Source: an uncultured bacterium
GTDB lineage: Bacteria > CSSED10-310 > CAZUFC01
Direction: 5' to 3'
Assembly (NCBI GenBank): GCA_964619725.1
Contig: CAZUFC010000129.1
Location: forward strand, 1-22,512
Length of the DNA stretch: 22,512 nt
Part shown: positions 1 to 9,216 of the stretch, in pieces
Layout of the letters: the number at the start of each line of letters is the position of its first letter
Position numbering within the stretch: position 1 is the stretch's first letter
The notes under the pieces: model-generated
Told to the model about the DNA's origin: nothing
Databases searched by the model: none
Seen by the model: only the letters and a program-made list of their open reading frames with translations
Position numbers and translations under genes: made by a program

Positions 1-1189
1 AAAAATATTCATCATCGCCTTTGAACTTGTACGATTCTGACGACTCAAAATACTGTAAAATATAGGATTGTCCGGTTCCCGTCTTTATGGTTATCAGTTT
101 CTTTGCGGCTGATTTGTCCCGCAGGCTCAATTCCGCTGCCGGTTCACGGGATTCCTTCGTTATTACCGCTGATCCTCCTGTCAGGCTGAAAGGCGAATCA
201 TAACTGAAATTCATGACGTGAAATGTCGCTTCCGTAGCGAAAGGAAGCTCCAGTCGATAATAATCAGCTTCCCCGTCGACGAGCAAACGTTCTGTACCGA
301 ATGCTTCCATTTCATTATACAGACGTCCGGATTTCCCCAATTCGCGTATGCCGCTCCTGATGTACAAGGGATTATCTTCGTCGCCGTATGACCAGGGCTG
401 CGCAGGGCCTCCGTAAGCCGTCAAACGGTAAAGGCCAGGCTCAAGATAACCCCAAATCTGAAACAAAGTTAACGGACGCCCGCTTACAGGCGAGACAGTC
501 TCTTTTTTAACGTTCATATCAAATATCCAACTGCCATCTTTCCACATCCGTAAATCCGATAAACGACGTCCCGCTGCCTCCGCCAGAAAAAATTTCCTCT
601 CCTTTACTTCATACCAGTAAGAAACAGCCTCGAAATCTTCCAGCTCTTCCTTGATAAGCTTCTTTTCGACTAAAATACGATTATCTTCCGGATAACGCGG
701 CTCGAATTTTTGTACGGTCAATCGCGCCGTACCCTTTGCCTTTTCATGACCATGCGTGATAATCAAATATTCTCCCCTGTCCAGAAATTCATCCAGACGT
801 CCATCGTCAATTCCCGGTTCCCCGTGAATCTCACCCGGTCCCGACATGTAATCGGACAATTGTAAAGCTACCCCCGTTTCGCTTTTAACCGTTATGCCGT
901 ATCGACCGAATTCCGAAACCTCCAGAACGACCTCATTCCGTCCCCCTGCGAGGACCTCGTTACGATCAAGAACCGCAACGGCCGAACCCCCGCTTTCAGA
1001 ATGAATAAGCCCGCATAACAATTGAATTAAAAATGTAAACAGAATCGCAGAAAAGAAAAACTGAAAAACCATTCTGCTCGTTTCTCTTCGAATAACCCGA
1101 CGGCTTGATGCCTTTCCAGGTCCGTATTCCCCTTCTGCCGTATTTTTCGGCAAATCGGCATATTTTCCCGACCTAAGTTTGCTGTTCAT
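1..1189 (-). CDS. Large hypothetical exported/membrane-anchored protein (5' part only, >=396 aa, runs off the left edge)
   Basis: Manual translation of the minus strand from ATG at 1189 (AGGAGG RBS at 1195-1200) is stop-free to the window edge: MNSKLRSGKY...RMVFQFFFSAILFTFLIQLLCGLIHS (hydrophobic segment)...FGRYGITVKSETGVALQLSDYMSGPG...DGRLDEFLDRGEY...LEPGLYRLTAYGGP. It is missing from the ORF track because its stop lies outside the window. Confidence 0.85.
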   Translation of the reverse strand, partial: MNSKLRSGKYADLPKNTAEGEYGPGKASSRRVIRRETSRMVFQFFFSAILFTFLIQLLCGLIHSESGGSAVAVLDRNEVLAGGRNEVVLEVSEFGRYGITVKSETGVALQLSDYMSGPGEIHGEPGIDDGRLDEFLDRGEYLIITHGHEKAKGTARLTVQKFEPRYPEDNRILVEKKLIKEELEDFEAVSYWYEVKERKFFLAEAAGRRLSDLRMWKDGSWIFDMNVKKETVSPVSGRPLTLFQIWGYLEPGLYRLTAYGGPAQPWSYGDEDNPLYIRSGIRELGKSGRLYNEMEAFGTERLLVDGEADYYRLELPFATEATFHVMNFSYDSPFSLTGGSAVITKESREPAAELSLRDKSAAKKLITIKTGTGQSYILQYFESSESYKFKGDDEYF

Positions 1190-1401
1190 TATACCCTCCT
1201 GTAGTTCAATCCGTTCCCGGGTTCCAGGCATTAAAATTATTTTTTCATGGGTGAACCGGTTGAAAGATCAAAACCCAGCATCTCAAGCGACAAAAGAACA
1301 GGCGCATGTCCCTGCGGCTCTTTCCCTTTCCTTGGAAGAATAGCATAAAAATGCATTGATCGGAAATGGATGTTTTAAGGCGACTCTTCTCCAGTTTTAA
1401 T

Positions 1402-1440
1402 GCATTTTGGGGACTGATCAAACAGGGATTACAATTTTTG
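1402..1440 (+). repeat. Partial (end-only) copy of repeat family B
   Basis: GCATTTTGGGGACTGATCAAACAGGGATTACAATT resembles the family-B end GCAATTTTTGGGACTGATCAAGCCGGGGTTACAATT (reverse complement of ~18893-18928). Confidence 0.6.
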
Positions 1441-1592
1441 CGAATCGCTTCTTCTTTTATCCGTAATTGCGGAATCTTTGCAATCGCTTCGAAAAATCTG
1501 GATATTTCGGTCATCACCCATTTATGAGGGAGTCCCGCGGCATGGATGCAACTCTTGTAATCGTTGAGTTCTTATGATAGTTTTAGAAAAGA

Positions 1593-1627
1593 GAAGATTT
1601 TATAATAATCGATATTATGAAATCTTC
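1593..1627. promoter_or_regulatory. 15-bp inverted repeat overlapping a TATAAT -10 box in a divergent promoter region (candidate operator)
   Basis: GAAGATTTTATAATA-ATCGA-TATTATGAAATCTTC, 14/15 arm match; TATAAT at 1601-1606. Confidence 0.45.
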
Positions 1628-1780
1628 ATGAGAAGAAATAGGAATGCTAACCTTTCTGAGTTGAACGACTCGTTTGAATCAATAAGGAAATTCAAATACT
1701 TGACGCAGGCTGTTTCTTGCCCTGTTTCCTTCATTGCCTAGAGCGAGAATCTTAGATTCAGAGCAACAGTCGGAGGAAAC

Positions 1781-2209
1781 ATGGAGCAAATAAAAAACGG
1801 CGATAAGATTAAAATCCACTATACGGGCCGTCTGGAAAATGGAACTGTTTTCGATTCTTCAATGGAAAAGGAACCGATTGAGGTTAAAGTCGGAGAGGGA
1901 AAAATAATTTCAGGCTTGGAAGAGGCGCTTGTAGGAATGTCGACAGGCGAGACTAAAACGGTGAAACTGAAGGCTGATGAAGCTTACGGACCTTACAGGG
2001 ACGACATGGTTTTGACGGTGAATCGTGAAGAATTACCGGAGAATCTGGACCCTCAAGTCGGTCAGCAGTTGCAGATCAGCAAACCCGAAGGACCGGTATT
2101 TAACGTAAGAGTAACAGACGCATCGGAATCCAGCGTGACTCTGGACGGAAATCACTTCCTGGCCGGCAAGGATATCATTTTTGATCTTAAAGTAGTGGAA
2201 ATACAGTAA
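1781..2209 (+). CDS. slyD: FKBP-type peptidyl-prolyl cis-trans isomerase (SlyD/FkpB-like, no His-rich tail)
   Basis: Motifs IHYTGRLENGTVFDSS, ISGLEEALVGM, EAYG and DGNHFLAGKDIIFDLKVVEI; GGAGG RBS upstream. Confidence 0.9.
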   Translation: MEQIKNGDKIKIHYTGRLENGTVFDSSMEKEPIEVKVGEGKIISGLEEALVGMSTGETKTVKLKADEAYGPYRDDMVLTVNREELPENLDPQVGQQLQISKPEGPVFNVRVTDASESSVTLDGNHFLAGKDIIFDLKVVEIQ

Positions 2210-2328
2210 GGACTGTAATTGCAAAGAGAGTCGGGGTGGTTTGTTTTTCCTTTGAATTACGAACCTGAATCTCGCATTCTCAAAAAAGTAAATAGGGGTC
2301 TGTAGGATCCGGAAAGGATAATAGGAAT

Positions 2329-3312
2329 ATGAAAATGATGAAGACAGGTTTGATTCTGATTGCCGTTATCATGGGAGTGTTCATGTGCCTTAACGGCCAA
2401 ACCAGGGCGGCAGATGAAAATTCTCAGGAGGGAACGGTTGCTGTAGTGAACGGAACGGAGATATCCCGAACTGAATTCGACCGTGAAATGAATCTGGCCG
2501 AAAGAAAATACGCGGGTAACGGCGTCAAGCTGGATGAAGCGCAAAAGAAAGAAGTCGAAAAAGAAGTGCTTGAATATATGATAAACAGCGAATTGTTGTA
2601 TCAGAAAAGCGTCAAGGATGACATCTCCATCGATCCGGCTGCCGTTGAACAGGAGATGAAAAAAATGAAAAGCCAGTTCGGTTCAGAGGAAGAATTCAAC
2701 AATATGCTCGAACAGGTGAACCTGACGGAAAACGATGTCGAAAAACAAATTAAAAAGGGTTTGTCCATACAGAAGCTTATTGAAACTGAAGTCGCCGGAG
2801 AAATAAAGATACCCGAAGAAGATGTCAAAAAGTATTATGAAGATAATCCTGAAACATTCAAGCAGCAGGAACAGGTAAAAGCATCCCATATTCTGGTCAG
2901 GACGGAACCTTCGGCTGATGAAGCGGCCAAAAAAGAAGCGAGACAAAAATTGGCGGATATGAAAACTAAAATTGAAGAAGGGGCCGACTTCGCCGAATTG
3001 GCCAGAGAACACTCCGAGTGTCCATCGTCATCCCAGGGCGGCGACCTGGGATACTTCGGCAGGGGCCAAATGGTTAAACCTTTTGAAGAAGCCGCTTTTG
3101 CATTAGACAAGGGAGAAGTCAGCGATATAGTGGAAACCGATTTCGGATATCATCTCATTAAAGTAACCGACAAGAAAGCTGAAGGAAAAACTGACTTTGC
3201 CCAGGTTGAGGGAAATATAAAGGAATATCTGAAAAATCAGAAGATGCAGGATGAAATGATGCAATATATTGCCGAATTGAAGGAAGATGCGGAAATAAAG
3301 AGGATGCTGTAA
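2329..3312 (+). CDS. Parvulin (PpiC-type) peptidyl-prolyl isomerase/foldase with SurA-like N-domain (PrsA/SurA family), exported
   Basis: Signal peptide, VAVVNGTEI, VKASHILV, FAELAREHSECPSSSQGGDLGYFGRGQMVKPFEEAAF, TDFGYHLIKV. Confidence 0.92.
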   Translation: MKMMKTGLILIAVIMGVFMCLNGQTRAADENSQEGTVAVVNGTEISRTEFDREMNLAERKYAGNGVKLDEAQKKEVEKEVLEYMINSELLYQKSVKDDISIDPAAVEQEMKKMKSQFGSEEEFNNMLEQVNLTENDVEKQIKKGLSIQKLIETEVAGEIKIPEEDVKKYYEDNPETFKQQEQVKASHILVRTEPSADEAAKKEARQKLADMKTKIEEGADFAELAREHSECPSSSQGGDLGYFGRGQMVKPFEEAAFALDKGEVSDIVETDFGYHLIKVTDKKAEGKTDFAQVEGNIKEYLKNQKMQDEMMQYIAELKEDAEIKRML

Positions 3313-3320
3313 GCTTAAAG

Positions 3321-3372
3321 AATGGAGGTCATATCCCTCTACCGAGGATAATATTAATAACCTCCATTTTTT
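3321..3372 (+). terminator. Putative intrinsic terminator after the PPIase genes
   Basis: AATGGAGGT...ACCTCCATT stem with an internal ATCCCTC-TACC-GAGGAT hairpin, followed by a T run. Confidence 0.5.
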
Positions 3373-3576
3373 CGGAGTTGAAGTTCAGGTGATGGGAAAA
3401 ATGGGCGATGATTAAAAGACTTAAGTTTCTGGAAATTCTGCAGCGACCGCAGATAATACGGATCATCACGAATAAGAAAAAAAGAGGTGCGAAAACAACG
3501 TAGCCCCCATTCGATTATTCACGAGAAATGGTTTTCTGAGGAATATATAACTCACAATTTTGTTGTCAAAAAAGCG

Positions 3577-5091
3577 ATGAGATTAACTCGGAAGTCCAAA
3601 ACATTCTGTTTCATTTTGTTCTGCTTTTTGTGTTTTTTATATTTTGCCTTTACTTTGCAAGTAGAGTCGGAAGAATCTGGCTTGACGGCACAGGCATTTG
3701 GAGGTTCCTGGGAAGCAAACTTTTACGGAGGGGAGCTTCTCGTTCGGCCTGCTGACCGGTCGGTCACGGTTTCCCTGATACCGAAATAGGACCTGTTCGT
3801 TTTCGTGGAGTATCGGGAAAAAACCGAAGGAAGCGCCCCCAATAAATTAAACGCAACTCTGACGAAGCGCGTGAAATCCTTCGAACCTGCGAATTTTCGA
3901 TTGTGTAATCTCAAACCCGATACTGCGTATGAATACCGTGTCGTTTATCGAGGTGCAGTCGGAGATGAAAAACGGGGTGAGCCAGGATTTTTCCATACGC
4001 AACGACGTCCCGGCAGTATTTATGTCTTTGCGATCCAGGCTGATTCTCATCTGCGAAACAAACTGCTGAACGAAAGAACAGATTTAATCGAACTCTATCG
4101 ATGCTGCCTAGATCATATGAAGTCGGATAACATTGATTTTCTTTTCAGTCTGGGCGATTTTGCCATGACTGAGATGCTGAATCGAGGTAACATCGTTAAA
4201 AATGCGAAAGAAGCTGAAGAGTGTTATCTACAGCAACGCCGTTTCATTACTGAATTATGCCGGAATGCTCCTTTTTTTCTGGTTCCCGGCAATCATGAAG
4301 CTGAAGCGGGATGGTATCGGAACGGCACGAGAGAATCACCCGCAGCATTGGGCGCAAGCGCCAGAATGAAAATATTTCCCGGTCCTGCCCCGGATACATT
4401 CTACAGCGGTCTGAGCGAAAGTTATTCGGATTGTGGACCGAGACAGGTTCCGTACGCTTTTACATGGGGGGATGCTCTGTTCGTAACGCTTGATCCCTTC
4501 TGGCATACGCAGAAAAAACCATATCAATTCGGCATAATGAAAAAAACCGGCGACAGGTGGGACTGGACGCTTGGAAAAAAGCAATACGACTGGCTTTATC
4601 AAACCTTGTCTGAATCAAAAGCCAGGTTCAAATTCGTACTGTCGCACCAGATTACAGGCGGAGTAGATGAATACGGCCGCGGCGGAATTGAAGCTGCAGC
4701 CCACAAGGTGGCCGGATTCGCCTCATACGAATGGAACGGAGAAGACGAAAAAGGCGATTACGTCTTTGAAGAGAAAAGACCGAACTGGAAACACGGACCT
4801 ATCCACAAAATATTCAAAGACACCGGAGTAGACATATTCTTTCACGGCCATGATCACATCTATGCCTACCAGGAACTGGACGGCATAGTATACCAGGCAT
4901 GCCCGCAACCCGCTGCGGCCAATCCGCTGGGTCACAGCGAACCGGGTCGTTACAAAAACGGAATAATCAGAGAAAATTCAGGCTACATCAAAGTGACCGT
5001 GAATCCTTCTGGAGCCCTGGTCCAATACAGCAAAATCAATGAAAACGGCAATGCCGTTATCGCTCATTCCTATCGAATCGACAAGGAATAA
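3577..5091 (+). CDS. Secreted FN3 + calcineurin-like metallophosphoesterase (purple-acid-phosphatase-like), interrupted by one in-frame TAG at 3787-3789 (readthrough or pseudogene)
   Basis: ORFs 3487-3789 and 3805-5091 are in the same frame. Joined: signal peptide MRLTRKSKTFCFILFCFLCFLYFAF, then ELLVRPADRSVTVSLIPK*DLFVFVEY...NLKPDTAYEYRVVY (FN3-like). Metal motifs ADSH, LGDF, PGNHE, SHQ and FHGHDH are intact. Confidence 0.8.
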
Positions 5092-5212
5092 ATCCAAGCG
5101 TCAATGACCGACGAGGATCAACAGTCTTTTCTGCAGGGCTCTGAGCGCCATTTTCAACCCAGTCTCAGCATACCTTCCATTGATCGGCGCCGACCTTACT
5201 TCAGCTTTGTCC

Positions 5213-5241
5213 TTGTCATTGAAAAGCATCTCCGTTAGAAT
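5213..5241 (+). promoter_or_regulatory. Sigma70-type promoter for the 5260 gene
   Basis: TTGTCA-17 nt-TAGAAT, 18 nt upstream of the ATG. Confidence 0.55.
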
Positions 5242-5259
5242 TTATAAGAGGGCAAGATC

Positions 5260-5694
5260 ATGGAAAGCATCTTCAGCAGCAAATTTTTCGGATATTCCGG
5301 GGCGTTGCTGTGTATTTTCGCAATTTTATCGCCGATGATTCGCATTCCCGTTATGATTGAGAACGATGCCGGCGAACATCTTGGATGGGAAAGGAAGAAC
5401 CAGAGTCTGTGTCAATTGAGTTCGCCGTTTGCAGCAATCGTTATATGCAGCGGACTGGTATCTTTTTTCGCTGTTTACCGAGCAAAATATTCGTGGCTAT
5501 GGATTACCGGCGGCGCGGTCATGCTTATTCTGGCTTACATTGTGATAGGAATGCATGTGGAATGGAGAGGTTTCATGGCAGTCCACAAACAAAGTCCGGC
5601 GCGCCGGCATGCTGCTGTAGCGTTTCAATGGGGAAGCATGCTTTTGCTTTTTGCCGGCGCTGCGTTGCTCCGGGCGGCTTACAAGTCTGATTGA
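5260..5694 (+). CDS. Hypothetical integral membrane protein (~4 TM segments)
   Basis: 144 aa with four hydrophobic stretches; preceded by the promoter above and an AGAGGG RBS-like motif. Confidence 0.7.
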   Translation: MESIFSSKFFGYSGALLCIFAILSPMIRIPVMIENDAGEHLGWERKNQSLCQLSSPFAAIVICSGLVSFFAVYRAKYSWLWITGGAVMLILAYIVIGMHVEWRGFMAVHKQSPARRHAAVAFQWGSMLLLFAGAALLRAAYKSD

Positions 5695-5777
5695 CCAGCC
5701 GTGAATTGCGTTATACTTTAAAGACGTTGATCCTTTTAGCTTATTGCATATGATTTATATGAGAAGGGTTAAAAAAC

Positions 5778-7793
5778 GTGAACAAATCTGAAGCGGAAGG
5801 AAAGCTGAGACGAATCTTCAAACTGGATGCCTTCTACGACGATCAATGGCGGACAATATCAGGACTCTTCAAAGGCGAACGCATACTGATGATAGAGAAG
5901 ACCGGTTTTGGGAAATCGCTCTGCTTTCAATTTCCGGCGACTCAGTTTACAGGATTGACCATAGTTTTTTCGCCTCTCATTGCGCTTATGCGAGACCAGG
6001 TCAGGTATCTGAATTCTGTGGGAGTGGCGGCTGCCTGCGTGAACAGCGAACAGGAAAAGGAGGAAAACTGGTATGTTCTCGAACAGGCGAAAAAGGGTCT
6101 GCTGAAAATTCTGTATATCGCGCCCGAAAGACAGGAAAACAGAGAATGGCTCGATGCCGTTAGGTATATGAAAATATCGATGGTCGTAATAGATGAAGCT
6201 CACTGCATTTCCGTATGGGGACATGATTTTCGTCCTGCATTTCGTCGAATAGTAAAGCTGGTTAAACTTTTACCCCGGAATTTCCCGGTATTGGCGATAA
6301 CCGCGACGGCAACCGAACGTGTCGCCGACGATATAAAAAAACAAATGGGCGGTAAGGTGCGGCTGATTCGCGGCAATTTGTTGCGGGAAAACTTTTCGTT
6401 AAATGTGGTGAGGGTCAGGGATGAAGATGAAAAAATGATCTGGTTGACGGATTTTTTATCTCACGCGCCCGGGTGCGGTCTGATTTATACGGGAACCCGA
6501 ACATCAACGGAAACTTTCTCCCGATGGCTGGAATTCAACAAAATACCCGCCGTAAATTACAATGCAGGGCTCGATGCTTTATCCAGAAAAGACATTGAAG
6601 ACGGATTGCTGGCTAACAGATGGAAATGCGTCGTATCCACGAATGCACTCGGTATGGGCATGGACAAACCTGACCTCCGGTTCATAATACATACTCAAAT
6701 TCCCCTATCACCCATTCACTATTACCAGGAAATCGGAAGGGCCGGTCGAGACGGCAAACCCACGGAATTATTCTTATTGTATAACCCAAATGATGACGAA
6801 CTTCCGAAACATTTCATAAAAAACAGCCGTCCCTCTCCGAGAAAATATGAATCCGTCATTGATGTCCTGACTGAAGAGCCTCTGGGCGTACAGGACATCA
6901 TGAGAAAAACCAACTTGACACAAAACCAGGTGCGAGTGATAAAAGCTGATTTAATTGACCAGAACATTATCAAAGAAGTCTTTTACGGCGGCAGGAAAAA
7001 AATGGAGTATCAGTTCAACGCTCCTCAATTAAACCTGGCGCCTTTTGAACGACTCAGAAATTTCAAATTCAATGAACTGAAGCAAATGGTAGAGTATGCC
7101 GGCTTAAACTCCTGTAGAATGGAATACTTGTGCCGATACCTGGGTGACGATAACACTGTCATATGCGGTAAATGCGACAATGACCGGGAGAAAGTACATA
7201 ATATAAACATTACTGAAATCCAACGGGCTCAACTCAATAAATTTAAACAGTCCTATTTCCCGGTATTGGAAGTTGAAGCTAAAACGTCGAACATAGTTAA
7301 CGGCGTCGCCGGATCATATTACGGTCTGTCGAACGTGGGCGCCATAATTCATAAATGCAAATACGGGAACGGCGGCGATTTCCCGGACCAGCTCATGAAG
7401 ATGACGCTGAGAGCATTCAGAAAAAAACTCGGACATCAGAAATTCGATCTGATACTTTATGTTCCTCCAACCGAATCGGGCGATCTCGTAAAACATTTTG
7501 CCGAAAAAATTTCGAGAGTTCTGAAAATACCCGTTTCCAGCGCCTTGAAAAAAACAAGAATGACTGAACCGCAAAAGGTTTTTCGCATTTCTCTTTTGAA
7601 ACGCGACAACGTCAAAAACGCGTTTTATTGTGAACGAGAGTTTGAAATAGAAGGCAAAAACATTCTGTTGATTGACGACATCTATGACAGCGGAGCTTCC
7701 ATAAAAGAAATCGGAAGATATCTGACAAGAATCGGCGCTGAGGCGATAGCTCCTCTGGTCATTGCCAAGACAGTAGGCGGTGATATTAAATGA
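5778..7793 (+). CDS. psyrT: RecQ-family helicase with C-terminal ComF-like phosphoribosyltransferase domain (PsyrT/RqlH-type toxin)
   Basis: Motifs TGFGKS, VIDEAHC, TATAT, STNALGMGMD and YYQEIGRAGRDG; Zn region CR...CGKCDND; PRPP-binding ILLIDDIYDSGAS. Directly coupled to a DprA-like gene. Confidence 0.85.
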   Translation: MNKSEAEGKLRRIFKLDAFYDDQWRTISGLFKGERILMIEKTGFGKSLCFQFPATQFTGLTIVFSPLIALMRDQVRYLNSVGVAAACVNSEQEKEENWYVLEQAKKGLLKILYIAPERQENREWLDAVRYMKISMVVIDEAHCISVWGHDFRPAFRRIVKLVKLLPRNFPVLAITATATERVADDIKKQMGGKVRLIRGNLLRENFSLNVVRVRDEDEKMIWLTDFLSHAPGCGLIYTGTRTSTETFSRWLEFNKIPAVNYNAGLDALSRKDIEDGLLANRWKCVVSTNALGMGMDKPDLRFIIHTQIPLSPIHYYQEIGRAGRDGKPTELFLLYNPNDDELPKHFIKNSRPSPRKYESVIDVLTEEPLGVQDIMRKTNLTQNQVRVIKADLIDQNIIKEVFYGGRKKMEYQFNAPQLNLAPFERLRNFKFNELKQMVEYAGLNSCRMEYLCRYLGDDNTVICGKCDNDREKVHNINITEIQRAQLNKFKQSYFPVLEVEAKTSNIVNGVAGSYYGLSNVGAIIHKCKYGNGGDFPDQLMKMTLRAFRKKLGHQKFDLILYVPPTESGDLVKHFAEKISRVLKIPVSSALKKTRMTEPQKVFRISLLKRDNVKNAFYCEREFEIEGKNILLIDDIYDSGASIKEIGRYLTRIGAEAIAPLVIAKTVGGDIK

Positions 7794-8893
7794 ATTACAG
7801 CGATGAGTATTCTTACTGGATGGCGCTGAGTCATCTTTCCAATTGGAAAATTAAAGACATAAATAAACTGATTATTGAAATCCTTTTTAACAGGAAGATA
7901 TCGTTTGCAGAGTTTTTCTCCTTAAGTAAAGCTGAGATCACGAAAGAGTTTGAGTTATCAGAAAAAAAAGCAGAGGATATCTCTGAAGTGAAATCGGAGC
8001 TTCCTACTTACGGATTCCTGGCGGAAAATTTGATGGAACAGGGATTCGAAATTATTCCTTTGAATTCTGACAAATATTCGGAAACGCTGAAACAAAATCT
8101 TAAGGTTAACCAGTCGCCGCCTCTATTATATGTCAAGGGTAATTCTAATCTTTTGCAAGAGGACTCTGTTGCAGTCGTCGGTTCTCGAAAAGCCTCCGGC
8201 ATATCATTGGAATTTACCCGGAACATCGTAAGAAAATGCATCGAAAATGATGAAGTTGTCGTCTCCGGTTTCGCCAAAGGAGTCGATAAGACAGCGCTGG
8301 ATTCTGCTCTGGAATTTAACGGTAAAAGCATCATCGTCTTACCCCAGGGCATTCTGACTTTTGGAAGCGGAATCAAAAAATACTATAAAAAAATTATAAA
8401 AGGCGACGTTCTCGTATTGAGCGCCTATCACCCCAAAGCCCCCTGGTCGGTCGGACTGGCCATGAATCGAAATAAATATATTTACGGTCTCTCAAAAAGC
8501 ATCTTTGCGGCTCAATCTGACACCAGAGGCGGAACATGGAACGGCGTTATCGAGGGACTGAAAAAGGGCAGGAAAATTTTTGTCCGCAAACCGGGACCCG
8601 ATGAAAAAAATGGAAATAACGCATTGATCATGCAAGGCGCTGTTCCGGTCGATTTATACGGCAAGACGCTCGAAATCGAAGAAAATGCCGTCGAAAAAGA
8701 AATAAAAAATATCCTCTCAAAAAGATTTTTGACTGTGAAGGCTATAAAAAATGAAATAAACTTGGATATAAGCGTCAATGATTTGCGGAAATTACTCGCA
8801 AATCTTGATTTTGTCGAAAAGAAAAAAGTCAAAAACGTCAATCATTACTATCTGAAAGATTCCATCCCGGTCCAGCAAAGTTTGTTTTCCTGA
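7790..8893 (+). CDS. psyrA: DprA/SMF Rossmann-fold protein (PsyrA/RqlI-type antitoxin) with C-terminal putative winged helix
   Basis: Motifs PPLLYVKGN, VAVVGSRKAS, VVSGFAKGVD, AMNRNKYIYGLS and GGTW; ATGA overlap with the helicase stop. Confidence 0.85.
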   Translation: MNYSDEYSYWMALSHLSNWKIKDINKLIIEILFNRKISFAEFFSLSKAEITKEFELSEKKAEDISEVKSELPTYGFLAENLMEQGFEIIPLNSDKYSETLKQNLKVNQSPPLLYVKGNSNLLQEDSVAVVGSRKASGISLEFTRNIVRKCIENDEVVVSGFAKGVDKTALDSALEFNGKSIIVLPQGILTFGSGIKKYYKKIIKGDVLVLSAYHPKAPWSVGLAMNRNKYIYGLSKSIFAAQSDTRGGTWNGVIEGLKKGRKIFVRKPGPDEKNGNNALIMQGAVPVDLYGKTLEIEENAVEKEIKNILSKRFLTVKAIKNEINLDISVNDLRKLLANLDFVEKKKVKNVNHYYLKDSIPVQQSLFS

Positions 8894-8908
8894 TAAAAAT
8901 CAGCAAAC

Positions 8909-8942
8909 GCCAGTCCATAAACTCGAATCCCGATTGAAATTT
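8909..8942 (-). repeat. Degenerate partial copy of repeat family A
   Basis: GCCAGTCCATAAACTCGAATCCCGATTGAAATTT versus GCCTGTCCATAAACTCGATTGTCGATTCAAAATTT at 21197-21231. Confidence 0.6.
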
Positions 8943-9105
8943 GGAGACCGATCAAAATGGGGGTTACACTTCTTTCAAAACTTTTGACAGTCTGTTTCAG
9001 TAATCGGTATCGGGGTCGGTGTCGATATCGCAATCGAAATCGAAACAAAATGATGGATGATTCTGTCAGATTATAACCTTAAAGGACGCATTTTTTATCA
9101 ATGCC
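8937..9105 (+). repeat. Repeat family B (~170-bp MITE-like element), copy 2
   Basis: Aligns along its length with the reverse complement of 18754-18927: GATCAA..GGGGTTACA..TTTCAAAA.TTTTGAC..(ATCGNN)n..ATCGAAATCGAAACAAAATGA..GATTCTGTC..TAACCT..ATCAAT.CC. Confidence 0.85.
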
Positions 9106-9216
9106 ATTTTTATTTCGGGATGAAATACAACAAAATAATATATTTCAATATGTTAAGAGAGGATCGTTAAGCGTTCTGGACTTGCTTTTTAATAGTTTGA
9201 ATGATTTTAATATCAT

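Noticed and set aside
1245..1517. 90-aa minus-strand ORF
   Set aside because: No recognisable motif; it overlaps a family-B repeat end and the promoter region of the 1189 gene.
3787..3789. Genome-wide TAG-to-Gln reassignment (code 15)
   Set aside because: Only one in-frame TAG occurs across all the long genes in the window, and TAG appears as a plausible stop in three genes. Reassignment to a common amino acid would fragment many ORFs.
5778..8893. Housekeeping recQ and competence dprA/comF genes
   Set aside because: The PRTase fusion, absence of an HRDC domain and translational coupling fit PsyrTA/RqlHI better.
8848..9048. 66-aa Arg-rich ORF
   Set aside because: It is a translation of the hexamer core of repeat family B.
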